Of a stretch of DNA of 64,000 nt, positions 1-10,011 are shown one piece after another. Under the pieces are notes generated by a model. The model worked only from the letters and a program-made list of their open reading frames with translations, had not been told where the DNA came from and did not search any database. Location: positions 480,001-544,000 of the forward strand of contig CAVZJV010000014.1 of NCBI GenBank assembly GCA_963775685.1, read 5' to 3'. The position numbers were made by a program, and so were the translations under genes. Position 1 is the first letter of the stretch; each line of letters begins with the position of its first letter. Source of the stretch: Candidatus Bathyarchaeota archaeon. GTDB lineage: Archaea; Thermoproteota; Bathyarchaeia; Bathyarchaeales; Bathycorpusculaceae.

Positions 1-27
1 GCTGGCTATTTTCTTGTTGTTGCGATC

Positions 28-504
28 GTGGTTAACACAGTTGTGAGCATTGTGGGCGCTGCGATGATTGCTTGGATTTTCAAGAAGGCTTATAACTCCA
101 TGCTTGTTCGCAGAGAAATTGTAGATTCAATATGGACAAAATTGCTGAGGCCTTCGTGGATAGCATTAGTTTGGACGGCCTACTATTTGCCGATTTTTGC
201 CGCAATTTTCTTGCTGGGCCACGACTTTTTGGTTTTTAGATTCGGACTTTTGGCCACAACAGTGTTTCCTTTATTCTTTGCGCTTAAAGGTTCGTTCCCT
301 GAGCAGCTACCACGAGAAAGTATAGCCGTTGTGTCTGCATTAACTATTTACACGTTAGGGGGTTTTGTTGTTTCTCTCCTAAAAGCCAATGCGGGTTTTT
401 TCCTGATTCTTTGGGTAATCTTTCTTGTTGTTCTTATCTTAGCTTCTGCACATGCACGCAGACGGAAACCTCCCATCTCTCTGGAGGATCCCCCCAAGTG
501 GTAA
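28..504 (+). CDS. Multi-pass membrane protein, hypothetical (may start before the window)
   Basis: About five hydrophobic segments with a basic C-tail; overlaps the following wHTH gene. Confidence 0.6.
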   Translation: MVNTVVSIVGAAMIAWIFKKAYNSMLVRREIVDSIWTKLLRPSWIALVWTAYYLPIFAAIFLLGHDFLVFRFGLLATTVFPLFFALKGSFPEQLPRESIAVVSALTIYTLGGFVVSLLKANAGFFLILWVIFLVVLILASAHARRRKPPISLEDPPKW

Positions 505-839
505 AGGACCGACAACCCAACTTCAAATTGCCCAGCACAGACATAATTAAATCATTAAACGAGCAGCTAAACGACCCTATCTTCAAATCATCTACCAGAA
601 TATTGATTTTGATTTTGCTTGCCATGAACAAGAAGTTGACTTCTGTGGAGTTGCGTTCTTTCGCAAGGTTGGGAAAGGGTAGTTTGGAGAATCACTTGGT
701 AAAGATGGAAGCTTCTGATCTGATCAGAGTCCGCTCTGTTAGGTCTTGGGGCGGCGTGCATCAGGTTGTGGAGATAACTGAGAAGGGACTGGAAGATTGC
801 AGATCATTGCTTAAAAAGATTCATAGCATAGATGTTTAA
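411..839 (+). CDS. Winged-helix (ArsR/MarR-like) transcriptional regulator; real start probably near 498
   Basis: IFKSSTRILILILL...LGKGSLENHLVKME...VEITEKG wHTH pattern. Confidence 0.8.
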   Translation: MGNLSCCSYLSFCTCTQTETSHLSGGSPQVVKDRQPNFKLPSTDIIKSLNEQLNDPIFKSSTRILILILLAMNKKLTSVELRSFARLGKGSLENHLVKMEASDLIRVRSVRSWGGVHQVVEITEKGLEDCRSLLKKIHSIDV

Positions 840-1096
840 TGGATTCTTAGGAAGATGACTATTAGTCCTATTGAAAAATTAATCTTAACTTCATAAGAAT
901 CGATTTGAAGTCATGCAAAACGCAGCCTACTCGATATAACTCAGCTTATCGCAGAAGCTACAAACCTGATGGTCATTTCAGTGGCGACGCGTATAATCAG
1001 CTATGGTAATGGAAACTAAAGGGCTTTGATCTCTTCCTGTTTGCCCCTTATTTCCATAGCAAAACTTGTTAGTGCCCAATGCCAACCACTCTCACT

Positions 1097-1126
1097 ACGA
1101 CGGTTTAAACGATGGTGTCAAGCTAG
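1097..1126 (+). repeat. 30-bp dispersed direct repeat, copy 1
   Basis: acgacggtttaaacgatggtgtcaagctag, 28/30 identical to 3398-3427. Confidence 0.85.
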
Positions 1127-1323
1127 TCCTCTGTGCTTTTAAGCCTATTACGAGCTTATTTTCAGATATTAGTCACAAAACAATGGCTTTTCTAACGGAA
1201 ACCAATTTAGAAACCACTTAGAAAGTGAGACGAGTACCTGTTTGAGGCTGAGTCCGATAGAGACTCAACCCGCTCGCGCTATCTTTTGTGATTTAGGTTA
1301 TGTCTTCCGCCTTAAGCCTTCTG

Positions 1324-2028
1324 CTAAAGCGATATAGTTTTGAATGTATACGACTCTATTGCCCAAACGGTGGTTTTAGGCAATGCCTCTTTGACTCTTT
1401 GTTCGAACTGCCGCTTTTGTTTTTCCGACCCATGCATGCTTATTGCAACATCTGGTTTGAGATCAGCCACCATCTTGAACGCATTTTCAGGCGAAGCCGT
1501 AGGCGACATCCTTCCAACAGGAACAATCGCTGCTTGAGAGGGATATTCTATTAGGCTTACATACCCCGAGTCGCCCCCGTGGAACAGCGTTATGTCATCT
1601 ATTTTTATTAGATAAAGCATTATTGGGCCGCGGTGAATTCCTTGAATAGCTGTTGCGGTTAAATCACCAAAGGTATAAGTTTTATCTGGCTGAACGCCCG
1701 CGAGTTTGTCAACTGGTATTTTTCCCTTGAGTTTGTAAGCCACTTTAGGCTCAGCCATTATGGGCGCAGCAGTTGCCTTAAAAATAGCCTCAGTTTTACC
1801 CGAGCTAAAATGATCCAAATGATTATGAGTGAAAAGAAGTAGATTAACCGTTTTTAGGGCTTTTATCTCGTAGTCTTTAAGCATGCCTGCAGGGTCAAGG
1901 AGAACTGTTTGACTGGAACTCCTTACGATGAAACCTGATACGCCCAAATAGAAAACTGCAGGTTCATTCTTCTTCACCTGCAGGGCAAAGAACTTACCAA
2001 TTTTGTCAGCTTTACTTTTTCTGAACAT
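1324..2028 (-). CDS. MBL-fold metallo-hydrolase (UlaG/Lactamase_B_3-like)
   Basis: THNHLDH motif, FHGGDS, terminal MH. Confidence 0.9.
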   Translation of the reverse strand: MFRKSKADKIGKFFALQVKKNEPAVFYLGVSGFIVRSSSQTVLLDPAGMLKDYEIKALKTVNLLLFTHNHLDHFSSGKTEAIFKATAAPIMAEPKVAYKLKGKIPVDKLAGVQPDKTYTFGDLTATAIQGIHRGPIMLYLIKIDDITLFHGGDSGYVSLIEYPSQAAIVPVGRMSPTASPENAFKMVADLKPDVAISMHGSEKQKRQFEQRVKEALPKTTVWAIESYTFKTISL

Positions 2029-2306
2029 CTGGAACCAATTCTTCCTTGAAACTTTTTGGCTATAAAAAGCTATTCCGTCAAGGCTGACTTATTTCTGTAA
2101 ATTAAGCCTTTCCGGGGTAATTGGTCCAACACGTTTTGGAATCCTTTCGATAATTTTTTCTGGAAAACAAACACAAAATCCTCACTCTCCCATTGATGAA
2201 AGATTTCAGAGAAAATAGCATAACCACAAACCAGAGGACACTTACTTTCACCTAAAAGTCTCTCTGTTTTTGCACAAGAACCCAATAAACAAGGAAATTT
2301 TTGTAG

Positions 2307-3026
2307 TTAAAACGCCTCTTTAATGTAGCCTTCAACCGCTTCATTAGATAGCATACCCCATTTCTTCGTTGCTATGGGTACCACGGCAATCTTTATTCTT
2401 AGCGGTAACTCCCTCGCTTGTAACGTTTTCACTAAACATTTTGCTGCAAGCGTTATACTTTTTTCAAGAGTTAAATCTTCACGGTACTCTTCTTTTATCA
2501 TTGATAGAACTGTTTCTGTTCCTGCACCTACCGCTGTAGCTTTGTATCCTGTGTAGTTTCCGCTTGGATGAGTTCCGAAGACATGTGGACCTGTTTTGTC
2601 GACTCCAGCTAAGATCATGGCAACTCCGAAGGGTCGTCCTCCACCATGTTGTGTATATGTTTGTTGGGTGTCGCATATTTTTTTGGTTGCAACTTCTACA
2701 TCAATGAGTTCATCGTATGTTAGTTTATTGCTTTGGGCGTTGATACGTGCTTGGTCGATTAGGACTCTTGCGTCCGAACTTAAGCCTATAATAGCTGCTC
2801 CAATGTGTTCGTCTACTTGAAAAATTTTCCATGAGCGTCTTTCTTCTTCAAGAACTTCTACGTTTTCTTCTGAACCCAGAACAACGCCTTCTGCACATCG
2901 GATACCTAAAATGGTGCCTCCACGATTTACTAATTCTCGGGCATATTCAACTTGGTAAAGTCGTCCATCAGGTGAGAAAACAGTTGAATTATAATCATAT
3001 GCTCCAGGTTGTGCAAATACAGCCAT
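2307..3026 (-). CDS. psmA: Proteasome alpha subunit
   Basis: YDYNSTVFSPDGRLYQVEYA signature; GGRPFGVA. Confidence 0.95.
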   Translation of the reverse strand: MAVFAQPGAYDYNSTVFSPDGRLYQVEYARELVNRGGTILGIRCAEGVVLGSEENVEVLEEERRSWKIFQVDEHIGAAIIGLSSDARVLIDQARINAQSNKLTYDELIDVEVATKKICDTQQTYTQHGGGRPFGVAMILAGVDKTGPHVFGTHPSGNYTGYKATAVGAGTETVLSMIKEEYREDLTLEKSITLAAKCLVKTLQARELPLRIKIAVVPIATKKWGMLSNEAVEGYIKEAF

Positions 3027-3397
3027 AGTATTACCTTCTATTTCACGATCTAACTTTAAGCTTTTCTAAAGACTCATATAAGGATGCGCTCGGTTCACAA
3101 CTGATTGGTTTTTCATAGCCAATTTTGAAGACACTAACTGAATTCTAACAAACGTCCTATTGCGAAATTGTAAATCTATAAAGCTCATAACTAAACTGTA
3201 AGTTATTGGAGAAACATCAGAAGTCAAGTGTTAAGAAGAGTTTTTGACCCCTTTTGGGTATGGGACGGGCGCACTCAAACTTGGTCAAAATTTGCAGAGA
3301 TTAGTCTAATTCAATGAGTTTGAGTAAGGGAGTAAGGGACCCATACCGTGTAGGGGCAAGTCCAGCGGCCTACCCGCTTTTTTTGGAGAACGTTGTA

Positions 3398-3427
3398 ACG
3401 ACGGCTTAAACGATGGTATCAAGCTAG
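3398..3427 (+). repeat. 30-bp dispersed direct repeat, copy 2
   Basis: acgacggcttaaacgatggtatcaagctag. Confidence 0.85.
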
Positions 3428-3715
3428 CCATTGGCACGTGAACTCTTTCTTTTTTATAAAAAGAGAACCTATGCTAAATGAAAAATATGCTTTTTTATAA
3501 TTTTCGAACTCTGAAATAATTAGTATTGAAGATATAGCTTGTTCAGCAATTTCTTGATACATTTAATTTCCGTTCTTGGCTCTTTCAACTGGATCCTTAG
3601 AAAATTAAAGACCAACTGTGATCTTGTTTTCTTACTTGCTTCGGTTTTTTCCAAGTAAAATGTATTTGAGGTTAAATAATTTTTAGTAGGATAAATGCCT
3701 TAACATTTCAAGGGT

Positions 3716-3976
3716 ATGATTGTGGCGAAGAAAGAAACAATACCAGAAGTTTTAGATCAAGAGGAATTGGTTTCAGAAAAGTTAGATGAGCATGGTGAGC
3801 GATGGGTAAAAAAGTATGTTGGTGGGGGTGAGCATTTTGTTAATTGATTAGAGCAATATAGAGAAGTTTATGGCGAAAAAGATGTGGAAATAGAAGAAAT
3901 AGATTCAAGAGGGTTTAGTTGTTTTGAGATGGGTAAGGAAAAAATGTTTAGAATTTGGGTAAAAGAAAAGAAGTAA
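3716..3976 (+). pseudogene. Small acidic hypothetical protein interrupted by an in-frame TGA at 3845-3847
   Basis: Manual translation MIVAKKETIPEVL...YVGGGEHFVN*LEQYREVYGEKDVEIEEIDSRGFSCFEMGKEKMFRIWVKEKK; coding-like on both sides of the stop. Confidence 0.65.
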
Positions 3977-4071
3977 TTGCTACGCGCGCTAAAATGGTTG
4001 ATTTTTTAGATTTGTGGGTACACTAATTTAGAATTTTGTTACTTGGTAGCTATCGTTTTAGCTTAGGACAT

Positions 4072-4791
4072 TTATGCAACTGCTGTTCCTGATGCCAAAC
4101 CAATCAAAACAGGCGCAAAGTTATTATCAAGAACCACAATTTGGTTAACGTCCGACCAGAAAGCAGCTACTGGAGCGTAGGATTCAGAGTACACCAATTT
4201 CATCTCCATAACATAACAGTCAGAAAAGTTGAAGTCATACGCCCACTCTGTCAATTGGTAGCCTGATTGGTTATTGTAAAAGAACTGCATATGAAGTGAA
4301 CTAATCACAACTGAACCATCGGGGGAGGACATGACAGTTGTACTATTGTGCCAAGTTACTCCTTGTGGTGCAGGACTATTGTAGATACGAAATTCTGAGA
4401 ACTTTGTCACGTTTGCTTCGTAGGTTAGCTCTATGCCTTTAGGATATATAGGGTCCTCTTTTCCCTGTAGGTTGGCATACCTTGTTTCATAGTACTTTAT
4501 GACTTCTGAGTCAATAAAGTTGGCACGCGTATACGCTATGTATGCGCCTGGATGAAGATAAGCCTCGGGGTCACTTGAACCATCAAAGCGTTCTATTGAA
4601 GAAATAGCCGAATAATTCATTGATTCGGCTGCCAATAGTGCATTTTCTTCTTCTTGGTTATCAAAGCTCCGGTTGATTGTTCTCTCGTATTTATGAGGGA
4701 TTTCTGAATGAAGGTTTGCCCATACGAATGAAGATATAACAATCATAGTAATCGCGAACACTGCCATTATTAAAAGCGCTTTTCTACGCAC
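4072..4791 (-). CDS. Membrane-anchored or exported hypothetical protein
   Basis: MRRK followed by a hydrophobic N-terminal helix; Tyr/Asn/Ser-rich extracellular-type domain. Confidence 0.75.
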   Translation of the reverse strand: MRRKALLIMAVFAITMIVISSFVWANLHSEIPHKYERTINRSFDNQEEENALLAAESMNYSAISSIERFDGSSDPEAYLHPGAYIAYTRANFIDSEVIKYYETRYANLQGKEDPIYPKGIELTYEANVTKFSEFRIYNSPAPQGVTWHNSTTVMSSPDGSVVISSLHMQFFYNNQSGYQLTEWAYDFNFSDCYVMEMKLVYSESYAPVAAFWSDVNQIVVLDNNFAPVLIGLASGTAVA

Positions 4792-5276
4792 CTCGTCCGA
4801 ACCTCAGCCTTATCTCCCAGTACTGACAATATAAGACTTGCTAACGCTTCTTTTGACCCACACTCCTAAGAGGGGGTTAAAATCAACAAATCCTCGCAAT
4901 GCGCATGACCCACCCTAAATAACATTTTTCCTTGACGCAATTCGTCAAGAGAATAACTTGTGCAGAAGTTAGAATTGCAAACATGCAGCTTCTTCTATCT
5001 GTAATTCCTTCCTTGCAAATCCGAGCAAAGCGTATTTTTTTCATGGATAGTTTCGCCCAGAAGGGTAGTTATTGCTGCCAATTTTTTGAATTATGCAAAT
5101 AGATAATCAAGTCTGCAAGCGCTTTCCTTGAAGCTACCACTTAGGTTAACGCCTTTTTTCGATAAATCCATATGAGATCAAGTGTCTTAACTTAAATCTT
5201 GCCCTCGGCAGTATCAATTTTAAGATTCCTTTATAACTCCAAATTACAATAATAGTAAAAAAAAGAGGATTAAGTT

Positions 5277-5831
5277 ATGGACCTTGATGTTTGTATTAAA
5301 GGGAGAAGAAGTGTTAGAGCTTACACCAATGAACCTGTTTCGAAAGAACAAATTGAAATTGTTTTGGAAGCTGGAGTTTGGGCTCCGACGGCGATGCATA
5401 GAGAGCCTTTGCGGTTCATAGTTATCGAGGATAAACAACTAATCAAGTATGTCTCTGATGAAACCAAGGTTATGGTTCAAAAAATGATGCCGCCCCTAGC
5501 CGAACAATTCTCAACGGCGGCTGACATAATCTGCTATAATGCACCGGTGCTCATTTTGGTTTGCACAGAAAAAGACCCGCAGTGGGATAACGTAAACTTG
5601 CTCGACAGCGTACTTGCTGCGCAGAACATGTTTCTCAAAGCCTATGAATTGGGACTTGGAACGTGCTACATGGGATTTGTTAATGTCCTAAACAATAAGC
5701 CTGATGCCCTCAAAAGGGTGGGAGTGCCGGAAAACCACACAATGACGGTACCTTTCATTATAGGACACCCAAAAATAAAACAGGGCGCCGCAAAAAGAAA
5801 CAATCCGGCTGTGCTGAAATGGGTTAAATGA
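5277..5831 (+). CDS. Nitroreductase family protein
   Basis: RRSVRAY, APTAMHREP, AAQNMFLKAYELGLGTC. Confidence 0.95.
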   Translation: MDLDVCIKGRRSVRAYTNEPVSKEQIEIVLEAGVWAPTAMHREPLRFIVIEDKQLIKYVSDETKVMVQKMMPPLAEQFSTAADIICYNAPVLILVCTEKDPQWDNVNLLDSVLAAQNMFLKAYELGLGTCYMGFVNVLNNKPDALKRVGVPENHTMTVPFIIGHPKIKQGAAKRNNPAVLKWVK

Positions 5832-5865
5832 TGCAAGCTATAGATTTGACGCCGAGGAATCGGAG

Positions 5866-6477
5866 TTAACTCCTGGGTTCTTCTGCTTTATTTTTTCGAA
5901 AGGTTCCCTTCGGCAGAATTATAGCTTGGTTGGGCTCACCATCGGCGACAGTTTTATTTTCCAAATACAGCTTGCCAACATAAACGCAAGTTAAAGCATC
6001 GAGCTCATGATCACTCATTTTGCTGTTGAGCCCTTCTATGCATAAATTCTCTAGCCCTACCTTTAGTTTTTCAAAACCTTTTTGCTTTCTGGGAATACCT
6101 AAAACGCTTTGGGCACCACCATGGTATGCCTAAAAGACAGTTAACCCTTGAGCTTCAAGCATATTTTTCAAGTTTATCCCGCGCTCGGTTAGTTTTCTCA
6201 TAGGACCTAAAGTTATGAGAAAGTTTTATGCAATTTTAAGGAGTTCACGATCGCTTTCTCTAAGATTGGATGTTTGTCCTTTCTTCTATTGATTTTCTTC
6301 CAGGCGGCACACATTACAGAGCATCGATAGCAACAACTTTTGGCTCGCAACTCACCGTCCTATCCAGGATTTCCAAATCATCATAAACCAAACAAGTTTG
6401 TGCTTTCATAGCTTTGAGTAAACAAAAACCGTAGGTCGAGTTTCAACCCCTGCAAGATCTAACCCAACAATCGACAA
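5866..6477 (-). pseudogene. DUF429 (RNase H-fold predicted nuclease) pseudogene
   Basis: Fragments IVGLDLAGVETRPT, VVAIDA, LRESDRELL, TLGPMRKLTERGI and SDHELDALTCVYVG, separated by frameshifts and a stop. Confidence 0.75.
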
Positions 6478-6690
6478 CTAATTTCAACATTTAAGTCTAA
6501 TTCACGCGCAGTTAATATTTCTTAATCTCCCCACCGCAATGGAACTCCTCAAAGCTCACTTTTTCAATAAAAAATGGTAATTTCACCATGTTTCTATATT
6601 AAATAAGCCTAGTTTTAGCCATTTAACAGGCAAGCGATAGAAAGTGTTTTAAACTCATACATACGAATACGTTCCATCAGAGGAAATAAC

Positions 6691-6855
6691 ATGGCAAAAT
6701 GCCCAACATGTGGAAAAGAAGTCAAAACCGCTAAGAAAACCTGGAAGATGGCTGGAAAACCAGACAAAAAAGGCAAACGGACACAACTTACCATAGCGCT
6801 CTACGATTGCTGCGGTAAGACTTTCCGCGAAGTCATAGACAAGAAGAAAATCTAA
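6691..6855 (+). CDS. Cren7-like small chromatin protein with a Cys zinc-ribbon (54 aa, absent from ORF track)
   Basis: MAKCPTCGKEVKTAKKTWKMAGKPDKKGKRTQLTIALYDCCGKTFREVIDKKKI; KxW...I(A/G)L(Y/F)...GKxFR pattern; upstream AT-rich promoter and downstream T-tract. Confidence 0.8.
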   Translation: MAKCPTCGKEVKTAKKTWKMAGKPDKKGKRTQLTIALYDCCGKTFREVIDKKKI

Positions 6856-6868
6856 AACCTAACTTCCA

Positions 6869-6898
6869 ATTTCTTTTTTTTATTTTTTTCTTTGTTTT
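6869..6898 (+). terminator. Oligo-T archaeal terminator
   Basis: Long T-run directly after the Cren7-like gene. Confidence 0.6.
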
Positions 6899-6985
6899 CC
6901 TGCCTTAATTTTTTAATCCATTAGGCACCCAAAGTTGAATGTTCATTCACCAGAAAATCAAACGATAATTGCAAAGTCGAAATAG

Positions 6986-7702
6986 CTAAGTTAAGTTGCT
7001 TTTAATCAATGTACAAACCGATTTTCGCTCTTCTAAAATGGCTTCAATTCGATTAGAAAACAACCCATTAACTACGAAGCAGTCGATAGATGCTTTCAAA
7101 AGCAATTTAGGCAAAGCATGATCCACGCTTGTACGCTTGTTCATCGCCAAAAGTTCGCTGGCATACAAACTCGTAATTAATTGAGCATCTGGATAGGTCT
7201 TTGGGTCACTTAAGTAAACTCCATCTACGTCTGTAACTAACAAAACCTTATGCACCTGTAATTTGAGAGCGAGGTAAACTGCAATGGAGTCGGAAGTTAT
7301 GTTCCAGGAATTCTCCAATTGGTCTTCATGAAACAGCATCTGTGATGGTAAAAAAATAGGTAACCCTCCTAAATCTAAAAAATATTTAATTTCTTGTAGC
7401 TTGCTCACACTAACAGAATGTGGCATCAAATCTGAAAGCAACAAGCCATATTGGTCCATGGCCAAAATCGCCATCCGATGTGAAACGGTGCAAGACAGAG
7501 AAAACCTTCTGTCCAAACTTCGCACGACATCTGCAAATTCGCCACCTCCAGGTACCACTATTAACTTGTGTTTCTTGGAGACTTTGCTTAACTTAATGCA
7601 TAATGCCTTCAGCTTTTCTGGGTAAGCTGCTAAGCTTCCGCCCACCTTAATAATTGCAACATTCATCTGTTTCTCTCCTTCAAGCTTCATTTTCTCCTTC
7701 AA
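6986..7702 (-). CDS. mfnE: [5-(aminomethyl)furan-3-yl]methyl phosphate kinase (amino-acid kinase family); likely start near 7666
   Basis: IKVGGSL, VPGGGEFAD, SWNITSDSIA, TDVDG; in the mfn cluster. Confidence 0.85.
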   Translation of the reverse strand: MKEKMKLEGEKQMNVAIIKVGGSLAAYPEKLKALCIKLSKVSKKHKLIVVPGGGEFADVVRSLDRRFSLSCTVSHRMAILAMDQYGLLLSDLMPHSVSVSKLQEIKYFLDLGGLPIFLPSQMLFHEDQLENSWNITSDSIAVYLALKLQVHKVLLVTDVDGVYLSDPKTYPDAQLITSLYASELLAMNKRTSVDHALPKLLLKASIDCFVVNGLFSNRIEAILEERKSVCTLIKSNLT

Positions 7703-8741
7703 GCTTGTATGCGGTCATTAAGGCTACGCCGAAGGCTGGTGTTGTCAAAACAGCTTCTTTAGGCAAAAGCGTTCCTAAATCGACAATGGAATCAACGCCA
7801 ACATTTTCGGCTGCTTTGGCTGCGATAAATTTCTTTCCGATACCTGTAACAACAACTGGAACCGTAAGCGAAGATCGCGATTTTGCGTAAGTGTATACTT
7901 TGCTTAAGCCTTCGGCTACTTGCTGTATTTGCTTGTTACAAATGAATTGGGCCATATAGGTGATTTCTTGTTGGGTTAACATTTCTTTGTCGGCGCAGAC
8001 CACTCGGGCAACTCGTGCTAAAGCTTCAGGAATTGTTTTTCCTCGCCCATCCGCGGTTTCAGAGATATATTCAGTATACGTAATATTGCCAAGAATTAAG
8101 TGAACATCGCCTGATAATGCAAAAAGCTCAGAAGCAACACCTGCAATGCCGTTTCTTATAGGGATTGATTGGACTATCGCTGCAACATTGGTTCTTAAAC
8201 TTCCTGTATAAACTAGTTCTCCGCATAGGAGTTTGTCGAAATCAGTCTTGCCACGCGCTACGACCTTACCGTTTGCTATGGGAATTATACTGGTGCTTGT
8301 GCTTCCAACATCGACAACCACGCAGTTTTTGAGATGTTGTGCTATTAACCAACCTGTTGCGGCCCAATTCGCCGCTGCAACTCCTAATGGTTCTTGTTCG
8401 GCTAAATCTGCCAGCTCAAGTCTGGCGTCCGTATTCAAAACATGAATAGGCGCGTTCGGAAATGCCTTCTTAACACAGCCCAAAATATGATGCACCCCCT
8501 CCCTCTTAGTTTGGTAAGCATCCGACAATTCTGCCGTCATGGTTACGCCCACACCATCAAGCCTTCCAACCCCCAATCGCTCTTTAAGCTCTAAAAGAAC
8601 GCTTGATAGTTTCTCAGGGTGTTTCCAAACTGGAAAATACTCAACAACGACTTTGACATTAAGCAGTGTGCCATCTTTGATGTTGATGACTGCCGCTTTG
8701 GTGTTGGCGCCTCCAATGTCATAGCCTAACACATCCACCAA
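7680..8741 (-). CDS. mfnF: Methanofuran biosynthesis protein MfnF (hydantoinase A-like)
   Basis: DIGGANTK, VTMTAELSDAY, AAANW, DVGSTST, ELVYTG. Confidence 0.9.
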   Translation of the reverse strand: MVDVLGYDIGGANTKAAVINIKDGTLLNVKVVVEYFPVWKHPEKLSSVLLELKERLGVGRLDGVGVTMTAELSDAYQTKREGVHHILGCVKKAFPNAPIHVLNTDARLELADLAEQEPLGVAAANWAATGWLIAQHLKNCVVVDVGSTSTSIIPIANGKVVARGKTDFDKLLCGELVYTGSLRTNVAAIVQSIPIRNGIAGVASELFALSGDVHLILGNITYTEYISETADGRGKTIPEALARVARVVCADKEMLTQQEITYMAQFICNKQIQQVAEGLSKVYTYAKSRSSLTVPVVVTGIGKKFIAAKAAENVGVDSIVDLGTLLPKEAVLTTPAFGVALMTAYKLEGENEA

Positions 8742-8751
8742 ACTGTTTTCC

Positions 8752-10011
8752 TCAGGTGATAATGTTGAGTAAGTGCTTTTTAGCTTCTTCTAAATGCTGC
8801 TGTGCATCATCTAGGCTGTCGCCCTTGCCGATAACGAGGGAATACGCTTTGGGGTTGCCACTTAATGGGAAAGGCGGCGAAATAACTGAGTCTGATTTAG
8901 AAGCATTTTGGAATGCACTGACTGTCGGCATAGGCGTTTCTATTTTTGAAAAACAAGCATAACCTTCATTTTCATGTTTAGCAGGAAGCACGCTGTTGAC
9001 AACAGAATCAACCAATGCTTCAGCGATATTAAAACCAGCTACTTTACTTAAACCAACATAAGATGTCGTCAAACGCGGGTTAACATCAACAACAAACGCC
9101 TTGTGCTCAGTTAAAACAACATCAACCCCCACATAACCTCTCAAACCAACGAATGCGTCAACAACTTTCTCTGCAACCTCGAACACATCCTGTTTTAGCC
9201 AATATTCAAAAGGAACAGCGCCGCCTTCATAACTTGAAGTTGCACTGGGACCTGCAAGGATTATGTTTTGCTTGTTTAAGCTGAGTGCCTTAGCTTTTAT
9301 TCCATTAGAAAGTAAGCTGACGCTTGCAGAGACGCCGTTGATGAATTCTTGTGCAAGAAATGCGGCACTTGTTGATTCGGCTTTTAATTTAGCTATTGCT
9401 TCCTCTATTTGGGACTCGTCTTTAACGATGCTTAATCCACCGCAGCCAACACCATCTACAGGCTTGAGAACAACAGGGTAAGTCAGTTCACGTTTCATCT
9501 CTTGTTTAATTTGAAATGGACTTTCACCAAGGTTAAGAGTTAATGTTTTGGGAGTGGGAAATCCTTTTTTTTCCAGTTTTTCGTAAAGGACTGCTTTATT
9601 AGCAATCTTTCCTATAGCACCAGATTCACAGTTGAATGAAGTTATCCCTGTTTTTTCCACCAGTTTAACAAGTGATTTCATGGTACTTGCCGTTTCGGGT
9701 GCAACGATGTAGATTGCGTCATTGATCGTGGATATTTTCTTTAGATATTTTTCTGCTTCTTTTGCGTAGTTGATTGGTAATATGCAGAATGCGTCGATTG
9801 GCGGATGAAGTTTAGCTATCCTCACATCCATTAAGGTTGTTACTTGGTGCCCTGCCACTTTAAAATCTTCGACAATACTTCGCAACATCCCAAAACCTTC
9901 AGCTAAAAAACTCGATGGAATAATTTGCTCTGCGTACCCACCACCTGAAACATACTCGTAAACAATGACCTTTAAAATATGCCCCCTCCAAGAATCCGAT
10001 AATTTCCTCAA
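8752..10011 (-). CDS. mfnD: Tyramine--L-glutamate ligase (ATP-grasp)
   Basis: YEYVSGG...EGFGML, APE, KPVDGVG, GYVGVD, NPRLTTSY. Confidence 0.88.
   Translation of the reverse strand: MRKLSDSWRGHILKVIVYEYVSGGGYAEQIIPSSFLAEGFGMLRSIVEDFKVAGHQVTTLMDVRIAKLHPPIDAFCILPINYAKEAEKYLKKISTINDAIYIVAPETASTMKSLVKLVEKTGITSFNCESGAIGKIANKAVLYEKLEKKGFPTPKTLTLNLGESPFQIKQEMKRELTYPVVLKPVDGVGCGGLSIVKDESQIEEAIAKLKAESTSAAFLAQEFINGVSASVSLLSNGIKAKALSLNKQNIILAGPSATSSYEGGAVPFEYWLKQDVFEVAEKVVDAFVGLRGYVGVDVVLTEHKAFVVDVNPRLTTSYVGLSKVAGFNIAEALVDSVVNSVLPAKHENEGYACFSKIETPMPTVSAFQNASKSDSVISPPFPLSGNPKAYSLVIGKGDSLDDAQQHLEEAKKHLLNIIT

Noticed and set aside
5866-6477. IS remnant
   Set aside because: The RNase H-like fragments fit DUF429 motifs (GLDLAG, AIDA, HELDA), and no terminal repeats were seen
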